The position numbers and the translations under genes were made by a program. This document shows positions 1 through 10,417 of a DNA stretch of 64,000 nucleotides, in pieces; the stretch's first letter is position 1; each line of letters opens with the position of its first letter. The stretch covers positions 2,604,001 to 2,668,000 of the forward strand of contig OZ037766.1 in the NCBI GenBank assembly GCA_964035545.1, given 5' to 3'. Origin of the DNA: Bugula neritina. Lineage: Eukaryota; Animalia; Bryozoa. The notes beneath the pieces are model-generated. The model did no database searches. It saw only the letters and a program-made list of their open reading frames with translations, and was not told where the DNA came from.

Positions 1-98
1 GTAAACACAAATAAATTGAGAAATTATTTAACAAAATTTTCCTCAGTTCTGTATAGCATCAGATTTTATCTCCAAGAATTAATTTATAAAATTCCCAC

Positions 99-3000
99 CT
101 CTGTTGCATTGGTTAACGGGTCGGTAACATGTATTGTTGCGGATCTGCCCTCAGTACCGCTGTAGATCATCAGCTCGGAGTTGGCTGTTAGCAGATTTGT
201 TACTGGCTCTCCATCTACCTATAAATATATAAATTATGCTCACACAAGTTCATAGTCACCATCCCTGCAAGAAACTCCTGATGGGAAGGGTCTTATATTA
301 AATTAGGCTAAGGACTTATTCGAATAGGGCACATGAGCAATTAAGACTGGATGCTCTTCCTATAACATCACCAATGGCCTTTACTGGGGTTCAAGCCCAC
401 GACTTCATGTTTACTAGGCAAACGCTCTAACTTATAGACCACTTCTAACCCCTAGACCATGCTCTAACCCCTATACCACCCTCTAACCCCTAGAACACGG
501 CTGCACATAAATTATGCTGACAAACATCGAAGCAAAAAAAATCAGACCTTAGCTTCATGTTAGATTCATCAACAAAGAACTGCAATAGAAGTATTTTAGT
601 TAACGTTTTGATTCAATACCAATAACGTACATCACTTTACATTAAACAAGTAAACAGCCGCCTAGTAACAAAAGTTCAACTAATTTGTGCTCAACTTCCA
701 ACCTGTGCCACACTTTTCCTTTATTCCAATTTGTTTACTAGCAAGCTCTTAACAGTCACGCAAGTTTGAATGATGCTAATCAATTCTATTATTTTATTAT
801 AATAGTTATCCCCGGGTGACCTCTTGTGGGCGTATAATAGTCAGCAGTGTAATTTCTTTCAAATAGGTTATCAATGGTTGCGTGCTTTGGATTCTAAACT
901 TTAAATTGCTTTACAATCTCAAGACTCAATGGTCCGATCGAACTCCTAGCAGGAATGTTGTTTATTTGATTCAACAACTTTTTTAAAATCAATTTTTCCA
1001 TCAGAGTTCAAGGTTTTTGTAAAAGTTTTTAATTGAACAAATATTATTGTGAATATTATTAACCATTATTATTTTATTATATTATTAACTGCTGCCTGCC
1101 AAATTATCAAGCTTTTATCATAATTAGTAAACAAACCCAGTTGACTTAGCATCATGTGTACATTCTGAGTTCCTTACACTGTTTTAACAATAGTCAGAGA
1201 GAGTAGAATTCCCAGCATAATTTTAACGTACTTGAACTATTCAACTTTAATAAATTACAAGATGACATTTGAATAGCAGAGAAAAATAATCTTGCAAAAC
1301 AACACTTTTGTTAGTAACTGGATATGCAAAAGTAACCAATCAAGTCAACTAAGAGATTAGCCTACCGGAGCTTTGTGTAATACACTGAACAATAGAGCAA
1401 TAGCATTGGCAAGTTATTTCTATATAATTTCAACTCATTAAGCCACAAGATTTCAATAATTTAATTTAATTAAATACATTTTAAGAATTTTTTAAACACA
1501 GTTACACAAATTAATTTGTAAGCCTTACTTGATCAATTTTTCAATCATCATCTAAGATTCCTATGTTTATTACTATATAATTCTCACATATTTTGGCACC
1601 ATTTAGATAATATTGCATGTAACTCAAGTACAAATTAAAATTGAATTTTGTTCAACCTTGTCGGCTAAAAAATGTTGAAACAAAAGCATCCGACAGCTTT
1701 TCAACTATGGTAGTTGAAGCTTCTTTTTCAGAAAAATTATTTGAAGAATTCAAATAACAAAATTAAGATAAACGAATAGAAAGCTTGAGGTTATATATAC
1801 TGCAGACGAGATGCATTCATAGGTTTGCATGTTGCATCTTAAATTGATTTTAATATAATCCTTGAGTCTAAACATACCAGCTATATTCTAAAGGATGATG
1901 TTTGACCTACATTTACAGAAGAATATATTAGACAAACACTATTCAGTTAACAATGCTACACACATATATATCAGGCAAACTTGTCTCATGTCCCTTATTA
2001 CAAAAGACACCCAATACACACCAAACAGTCTCTAACATCTGTAACCTCTAATTTCAGCGTTAGATCATACCTTAGTCAACGAACTAGTTTGTAAATTTGA
2101 GAAAACTGTGTATTATTCAATGGATGCTTACAGTAGCTGTTTGATCACTACAGAGTTTCACAGTGAAGCTGGCATACAGTATTTGCACACAGTTCACTTT
2201 CGACACTTCCTCCAACATGACGTTGTGAATAGAGATCTGAAATTGTGCTGCTGCCTTCACGCCGGCTGGGCACGTGTAACTCAGCAGAAACTGACATTTA
2301 CTGCTGACATCAATTCTAGCTCTGTCAAAAGTTAGCACGTGCTCTGTGCCAAACACGTAGCAACTGGAATGTAACAGCTGTCCTTTTCCTCCTGTAAAAT
2401 GGGAAAGTTGATGCTCAGCTTAGAAAAACAGATAAATAAGCATTTTAAAATAAATTATAAGCAAACATTTTAGAATAAATTATAAGTAAACATTTTAAAA
2501 TAAATTATAAGTAAACATTTTAGAATAAATTATAAGTAAACATTTTAAAATAAAAAATAAGTAAATACTAGTTGAGAAGTTTTTGTTGATATATTCGAAT
2601 AATATTAACATGAAAAGAAAGCTAGCGCAATAGAAATTATTAAAACATTGAAAATATGCATTTCAAAACAAGTGAAAATTTTGAATACATAAAAAAAGGA
2701 GTGAATTTAAAGAAGTTATAAATTTGTATACAGAGTTGTGGCAACTCATAGTTGAGAGTTGGTAAGTTAAGTATGAATTTAAGATGCACACCAAATATCA
2801 ACATTACATAATTATTTACTAATTTAGCCTATTAACACTAACAATTTCCTAAAATTTAATTTTGGGTTTTGTGCTCAAGTTTTACTATTTTCACAAGTTA
2901 AGATAGTTAACATTTTGTTCAAACTTGTAAAACAACAAACTTGTAAACCTGCACATTTTCTTCATTCACTTTATTTTACTAATAATCTTTTTTAGAAAGA

Positions 3001-3120
3001 TAGCCTCATAATTTGGGTATACAAAAATGAAATATACTTACCGGGAGAAGTGACAAGTAAAGTGCATAGAGAACACAAAAAATAATTTAAACGAAACATC
3101 CAAGATGATCTTGTAGCCAT
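99..3120 (-). CDS. Secreted von Willebrand factor type D (VWD) domain protein, 5' part (mucin/FCGBP/hemolectin-like); continues beyond left edge
   Basis: Exons 3120-3042 (MATRSSWMFRLNYFLCSLCTLLVTSP, signal-peptide-like), 2391-2132 (CYVFGTEHVLTFDRARIDVSSKCQFLLSYTC, matches the VWD start C-x-x-x-G-x-x-H-x-x-TFD...C-x-Y/F-x-L...C) and 218-99 (VDGEPVTNLL...). All junctions GT-AG, phases 1 and 0 consistent. Confidence 0.8.
240..499 (-). mobile_element. tRNA-derived SINE copy in intron of the VWD gene
   Basis: Minus strand has an A-box-like TGGTCTAGGGGTTAG and B-box-like GGCTTGAACCCC head, followed by CATTGGTGATGTTATAGGAAGAGCATCCAGTC. Homologous copies at ~18630-18850 and ~20750-20960. The head is tandemly repeated as ~21-bp units at ~425-499. 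Confidence 0.7.
2455..2565. repeat. 25-bp minisatellite (AAACATTTTARAATAAATTATAAGT) x ~4.5
   Basis: Direct tandem units visible in VWD intron 1, near the exon 2 acceptor. Confidence 0.85.
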
Positions 3121-5912
3121 TTTCCCAGTAGATGTACAAAATGTAAAAAATTAGATAGAAAAATATATTTATCGGGTTAAAAGTCTCGCCTGATTAGGTT
3201 TCTTCAATGCCATATCTGAAATCCTTTTCAACTATTTACTATCACACCCAAACTAATCAGAGTTATTCAGTGGTATAAATAAGCAAGAGGCTTCGTTAAT
3301 TATGGAAACATTTTAAGCAGCACTTCCAATCAGCCAATGAGTGACAAGCATTTGTTATTCACGTGCATTCACAAGTTTCCTATTTGAGTGCGTTACAATA
3401 ATATAGCCAAATATTGCACCCTTGCAGATATTGAAATAGATTACAGACAATAGCATATATTATAGCATATATAGCAAACGTCATTAGCCTATTCAATAGT
3501 ACAATAAAGATTACGCATTAGACAAATATCTTTCTTTTGTGGAAGCACCTAAACCAAGTTCACTAGTAAAGTTTACAACTGGAAATCCTCAAAAGATTAT
3601 CTGTGTAAATACAGGAACAATGTTTGAATCATGTGCCTTATGATAAGAAAAAACCTATATTGCTTTAATTGTCTTTAAATAGTTTTCAACAGCTCTAATT
3701 AGATGACAGGTTGCAACATTTGAATTGTGCATTTCCAAAGAACTAGATTCTAGAAGGCAGTCTAAGGGGTTAATAGAACAGTTTCTAGAACAACACGGCA
3801 TTTCAGTTCTAAGGTAATAACAGAAACCTTTTTATAGCCCTATCATATACACCTTTATCTATCAAATCCATCAAATACAGTACAGCTGTACGTTTAGAAT
3901 ATTTTGGGTTACACTGAAACTTATCCGAATTGTACAACACCTCTAGTTGAATGAAATCATCAAATTTTAAGAAAGTAACAAAAGCTGGTGGAATTTAACC
4001 GCCCAATAAAATTGTAAACAACATTATTTTATGAGCAACTTTGACAATCTCAATACCAAAGGAAATTTGATTCGAGGTATTCATTATGACAAAGAGCAAT
4101 TCTATTTATAGCAATGGCTAACGTAGCAAATGATGTTATCTTGAAAGATAGTAGTGCAACACTTTTCAACTCTTTCTAAAATAAACATTCAATAAAAGCT
4201 ATAAAAAAGGATCCCAATGAACAGCGAAAAAAATTAGGCTAAAAGCTAATGAAAGATTTTTGAAGAGTTTTGCTTCAAAATAATCAAAATTTTGAACAAC
4301 CATGGATAAAAAATATACTGCTGAAAAAATATTATATGGAATTTAAAAATCACAGAGCTTCAATTTGGGACCAAATTAAACTTTGGAACAGATAAGATTT
4401 TAGAAAAAAAGTCCACCCGTTCCATTGACAGAAAGGGTGGTAGTTTCACAGTATTACACAAGTGTTATGGGTGTGTCTTTTTTACGGTATGATGATTCCA
4501 TTGTATTTACATTGTCATACACAGTTCAATTGCTGAATGAAATACCTGCCTTAATGTTCACTGGGCAACCATTCATTGGATCATGTTATACAAAACAAAA
4601 CAACCAACCTGTCACCCCTTGCCCACTATATATCTTATGTCAAAAGTTCATGGAACATTGGAGTTTAAAGAAAGAATGAACGCAAGATATCACGAGTGAT
4701 AATATAGTAATACAATATGAAAAAACTATCAGAATTAGCTAAAGGTAAAATATACCCGGTAAAATCGGAAATAGTGATCACTGCCACAACAGGTATGACA
4801 TGGGTCAAGGAGCTTGGTTATGCCGCCACTACAAATTGCAGTGTCATTCATAATTTAATTGTAAGTTTTGAGAAGTTACTTGATGAGATACTCTATATTA
4901 TATATTAATCTATTATTGTATTGCAGCTAAAAAAGCCATGCAGAGAAAAGCTTGCATTCATAAACAGTCTGTATCAAAGCATCAAGATGCTAACCTTAAT
5001 ACTGTAAAATCATTAAAGCACCTGCTTTGCCTGCCAGTATACAAGCTATAATACATACAACTACTGCAGCTGCAACTACAGAATTTCATTTACTAAAGTA
5101 ATTTTCCATGCACATTGCAACTCAAAAGTATTTATAAACTAAACTTACTTTAAATCAAGTTGAACAGAAAATACATATTTTAAGAAACTATGCCAAAATA
5201 ATTGGGCTGAAATATCAGCAAACAAAAACATTTCATTGACCCTTCCGAGTGTCTGTAATGTTGAAGCAAAATATTTTTGAAATGTTATTAATCAATAATT
5301 CAAAAAAATACATTATTAAAATATATTGAAATTATAGTTTAGTTCATAAAAAATTTTGTCAGAAAATCTCATGTGCAACATGCTATTGTTGTCATAAAAA
5401 GATTGCCAGAAAAGTAATAAATAATTTGTCACTTGCATGGGAACACAACTGCAAATCATACAAACACTCTAATAGAGCTATATAACAATTCACCTATCTT
5501 ATTTTAAATTCTTTTCATTAGGCTATGTGATATATTGTTGAATATTTTATCTTCAATCTGACTTCAGTGCTTTGCCGATTAATAAACTCATTATTAAAAA
5601 TGAAATTGTGACTGACAAAAAAATAAAAATAAATATTTGCATTTATGTTTTTATTTTTATAGTCTGAGAGAATATAACTCCAATTACCTAACACTTTGTT
5701 GGAACTTGCTTACTTTTTTAAAGGTTTCCTATATTGTGATTAATATAAACTTCAGGTTTTTCATTTACAACCATATTGTTTGAATGATCATAAATGCTAT
5801 TTGATTTATATAATTATTAAACATGTTATTTTTGATTTCCTACAAGTACAAAACAACAATGAAGTGAATGACAATTATTGTAGTAATTCGTGGAATTACT
5901 AGTTTGTGGGTT

Positions 5913-6364
5913 TTTATTGTGTATTACTAATTACTGCATCATGCTGTGAGGTTACAGAAGGAACCGAACAAGTGGATTAGGAATGCGAGAATTATATTTA
6001 AGTAAACAACATACGAGTAAAAATAACATACATCAGCCGAGAAAGAATATACAAAAGTCGTAGTACTACATGAGTTAGCCTGCCAGTTCCAATCTGCCTG
6101 TGGGCGGCTGAAGGTGCTGTATATATACGAGAGCTCGCCTCTGATTGGTTGGTATTAATATCACGTCATCCTGGCCATTACTTCAAGGTTCATCCGGGCA
6201 AGCTGATGCATAGCTGTCACTTTGTTGATGATGGAAAATACCCACACTTGCTCAGACGACTGTAAGCATGATTCATCGCAGCCACAGCTGGCTGGATCGT
6301 GATTGGTCCATGGGTTCCGGTGGACCGCGGGAAGTCCCCGCATTTCACATGTGCCGTACGGCAC
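5913..6364 (-). promoter_or_regulatory. LTR promoter and poly(A) module (same in 5' LTR, offset +1842)
   Basis: Order on the minus strand: 14-bp palindrome GTGCCGTACGGCAC (6351-6364), kappaB-type GGGGACTTCCC (6329-6339), CCAAT boxes, CRE-like TGACGTGA (~6161-6168), TATATATA (~6120-6127), AATAAA (5913-5918). Confidence 0.7.
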
Positions 6365-6783
6365 GAAGGAATGTTAACATGTAGTCAACTGATGTATTGA
6401 TGAGTGAGTCCAGCTAAGTGAATGGCCATAGCGTCGCTGGTGCGGAACAGCATACGGTCTCTCTAGTAATGGTGATGCCGTCAAGCTAGGCATTAACTAC
6501 TAGTACTGGCAGCCTGTTATGATGACCATGCGTACGCATTACGTTACATCTATTACACTGCAGTCCATGGTTATAGCTGCCGGCGGTGTTCCATTGCCGA
6601 TGGCGTGACATTAGTAAACTACTTACGTGACATTAGTAAACTACCTACGTGACATTAGTAACTACCTACGTGACTACTAACCGCTAACTACTAACCATAG
6701 CGGGTTAATTACATCACACATTGACGATGTGTGATTATACTACGACAGGTGAATAATAATATAGATAACCAAAACTCACTATA

Positions 6784-6795
6784 CTCCCCCCACCA
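6784..6795 (-). other. Polypurine tract of the LTR element
   Basis: Minus strand TGGTGGGGGGAG immediately precedes the 3' LTR and follows a U-rich 3' UTR-like segment (~6835-6930). Confidence 0.85.
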
Positions 6796-7701
6796 TCGGA
6801 AAGTACACCTTTCCGATAAGAAAGGAGTACAAGAAAACAAACAGACAAAAAAAAAGAAAACACAATTAGAATACAATATAAGAACGCCACCAAAAAAAAA
6901 TATTCACACAGAAACTGCAACAATATAACAGACATTCGGTATACACTACTTACAAATAAGGGAAACTACAGGAGCACAGTCTACAAGTACAATAAGCTGG
7001 CTAATACCTTAGGATCAGACTTCTGTGTTAGGTTACGAAGGTGTCACTGCTGATATGGCTGGTCGGGTTTACCGGGGTCGGGGATATTCTCTGCCTTGGA
7101 CATTACTACAAGCAGAGGCTGAGGCCGTGAGATTTTCCTCGGGCTCCTCTGAGCTTGAACACCTATCAAGGAGGGGGTTGACATGAAGGGCGTGTCCATC
7201 ATCAGAGCGAAAGTCGGCAAGTCGTTGCCCTGCTCTGGCTATATGCGCCTGTCTTTCCAGCTGCTCCTTAGTGCCACAAAGAGGACGGGTACTCTCCATC
7301 ACGACGCCGTCTGCCGTTCAGTAGTACGCCGAGGTTCTTGAGACGTTTGCCGCCACTTCCAGCGTAAGCTCGACACCTGCTCGTACAACTCTTACTGAAG
7401 TGCTTCCCTACAGCGTAGCGTAGCCAGGGAATATGTATAGACAGTGCTCCTCCACGCCACCCGTACTTCCTTCACCAAAGGTCTGCTGAATGAGCGGTGT
7501 GAATTGTCTACTTGTGCATTGCATTCGCACTGGTAAGACGCCAGACCCTCCCGGTCTTGGGCACTACACGCGTTAGAGAAATACCTGTTAAAAGGTCGCT
7601 GGTGCATTCGATATCTAATGTCATTGTAACAGTCCTGCCTGTAATCTCCTATCCTTGGAAACGGCATCGGTTCTTCATATCCCACAGCATTGTACACAAA
7701 T

Positions 7702-7719
7702 ATCCCACCGCTGCCACCA
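7702..7719 (-). other. Primer-binding site for tRNA-Leu
   Basis: Minus strand TGGTGGCAGCGGTGGGAT, 1 nt inside the 5' LTR. It is complementary to the 18-nt 3' end (AUCCCACCGCUGCCACCA) of metazoan tRNA-Leu(AAG/TAG) as I recall it. Confidence 0.9.
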
Positions 7720-10417
7720 CTGTAGTAATTCGTGGAATTACTAGTTTGTGGGTTTTTATTGTGTATTACTAATTACTGCATCATGCTGTGAGGTTACAGA
7801 AGGAACCGAACAAGTGGATTAGGAATGCGAGAATTATATTTAAGTAAACAACATACGAGTAAAAATAACATACATCAGCCGAGAAAGAATATACAAAAGT
7901 CGTAGTACTACATGAGTTAGCCTGCCAGTTCCAATCTGCCTGTGGGCGGCTGAAGGTGCTGTATATATACGAGAGCTCGCCTCTGATTGGTTGGTATTAA
8001 TATCACGTCATCCTGGCCATTACTTCAAGGTTCATCCGGGCAAGCTGATGCATAGCTGTCACTTTGTTGATGATGGAAAATACCCACACTTGCTCAGACG
8101 ACTGTAAGCATGATTCATCGCAGCCACAGCTGGCTGGATCGTGATTGGTCCATGGGTTCCGGTGGACCGCGGGAAGTCCCCGCATTTCACATGTGCCGTA
8201 CGGCACGAAGGAATGTTAACATGTAGTCAACTGATGTATTGATGAGTGAGTCCAGCTAAGTGAATGGCCATAGCGTCGCTGGTGCGGAACAGCATACGGT
8301 CTCTCTAGTAATGGTGATGCCGTCAAGCTAGGCATTAACTACTAGTACTGGCAGCCTGTTATGATGACCATGCGTACGCATTACGTTACATCTATTACAC
8401 TGCAGTCCATGGTTATAGCTGCCGGCGGTGTTCCATTGCCGATGGCGTGACATTAGTAAACTACTTACGTGACATTAGTAAACTACCTACGTGACATTAG
8501 TAAACTACCTACGTGACATTAGTAACTACCTACGTGACTACTAACCGCTAACTACTAACCATAGCGGGTTAATTACATCACACATTGACGATGTGTGATT
8601 ATACTACGACAGGTGAATAATAATATAGATAACCAAAACTCACTACATTATTTGCAATTTCAGTTATTGTAATCATTTTACAATTTGAATTACTTTGAAT
8701 TACTTTAAACTTAATCAGCAATGTTAATGTACAATAAGTTAGTGACTAACAGACTCAGGGTAACACTTACACACACAAGTCTGAAGTCACACAACGGTGA
8801 TCACTTGGCGGTTGCCATTGTCACTCATCATTGTGATACAAAAAGTGATTGAGTTAGACGCTCACTTGTTATCTCTACTTGGTAATATAATGTATTACCT
8901 ACTGAGCTGGAATAGACATAGATATTATTGAGTTCGATGGTATTACCAATAGAAAAATGTCTATAAACATCACGATTAAATCATTAATCTTGCTTTCATT
9001 TTTAAAAAGAAAGTGCTTATAGCTGAAAACCGCGAGTTATAGCGGGTGTACTTAAAAGTTTTTAAAACGAAATAATATAATATTGTGTAGTGTGTCAGCC
9101 CTGTTTTCAAAACGCGTAATTAAGTAACTAAAATCGGCTAAGGTCAGGGCTACCTTGTATTCAAATATCGCTTGAAGTAGCACCAAGTTAGAGGGTGCTG
9201 AATAGATTAGTTAGAAGTTAAAAATTCCGTAAAATGTAATCATTCACCTCCAATTTGATACTGCTTCTAGCGATATTCTTCGCATGGTATCGAAGTCGAC
9301 GCCTGGTTTGATCATCATAATGATAATGATAATTATAGTTTAATTATGTCTAAAACTAATGCTATTAGTATTAGACTCAATATGACTATGAATATCAGTG
9401 ATGAGTGAATCACCAGGGTGATAGTGATATTCATCACCATTCCTGACATTGAAGTTCATTTTCAAATTGCCAATTTTCCATCAGTATCACAATCAATGAA
9501 TCATCAATCATTCAATGTGAATGTCAAGACTCAATCACTCAACACTACAGTCAATGACAATAGTCAAACTCAAAGTCAATGTGATTCAATCTCAATGTGA
9601 ATGCCATTGAATTTGAAGAGTGTCAAAATAAAATTAAAAAAAGTTATAAACTAATTTTGTAATCACATTTCTTTTAAATTATCCTGCCTCCAGCTCATGC
9701 ACCTGCTATAAGTATAACTTATAACTGTATGTATAGGCCTCCAGCCTTATGGTGATTATCATAACCATAAATATCTTGAAAATTAACAAATAAGTACCAT
9801 TATCATTATGAAATTGAATGTACGTAAATAAGTATTAGTATTGCATTTACTTTTAGTGATGTAGTTTTATTGTTGTCATTTGATTTGATTGTGACAGTAA
9901 TTCTAGTAGTAGTTATGCTAAATTTATTCAACAAATAATAAATAACAATGACTTGACTTTTGCTTATACTAAACTCAACTTGCTCCCTGATTTTGATAGG
10001 TAGAGTGAATTTCTCTATAAGTGCACCGCTTTAATTATCTCAGTATTTCGGTAATTTAGCAAACTGATTAACTAAAATTTAAGTTAAAATAATATTAAGT
10101 AAATTTTCTAAATTTTAAAAATTGTAGATTCAAACAACTGTAGATTTTGGCTGATCATAGTTTAAAAAGAATTAATTAAAGTGGACATTTCTAAAAAGCT
10201 TAATTAAGTGAGTAAATTTATTCCTGATTGAATTTGATAAACGAAACGAACTAACTCTGCTTCACTATTCATTAATTTTTGGTTGAAAGTACTCAGCGTG
10301 TGTATGTCTATCCTAATGGGGTAGGAAAGATCATTCACAGTCTATCAAGCCTACACATTTGTCACCTAGACAATATATCTACAAGTTTTGTGTTTTCAGA
10401 AACTACTGTGAGCTAGT

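Larger units (their letters stand above)
5879..8647 (-). mobile_element. Non-autonomous LTR retrotransposon (Ty3/Gypsy-like), very recent insertion
   Basis: LTRs at 5879-6783 (905 bp) and 7721-8647 (927 bp). By eye they differ only by one 22-bp tandem unit and one base (6782 vs 8646). Outer termini TGTAGT...ACTACA, 4-bp TSD TTAT (5875-5878 / 8648-8651), PBS 7702-7719, PPT 6784-6795. The 937-bp internal region has no recognisable gag/pol. Confidence 0.95.

Noticed and set aside
440-495. Telomeric TAACCC repeats
   Set aside because: The hexamer is embedded in ~21-bp units derived from the SINE head and is not a contiguous telomeric array.
7130-7215. Hammerhead ribozyme (retrozyme) idea from CTGATGA on the minus strand of the LTR element interior
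   Set aside because: No correctly placed GAAA core or closing helices that I can see, and no CTGATGA core in the LTRs. An Infernal search would settle it.
7702-7719. tRNA-Leu gene
   Set aside because: Only the last 18 nt, including CCA, are present; this is a PBS, not a gene.
6161-8206. Identical 67-aa ORFs at 6161-6364 and 8003-8206
   Set aside because: They are identical only because they lie in the two LTRs; GTG start, located upstream of the LTR TATA box, no recognisable domain.
9395-9450. C/D box snoRNA (GTGATGA...CTGA)
   Set aside because: Only ~50 nt, no terminal stem, in low-complexity DNA, and no recognisable guide sequence.
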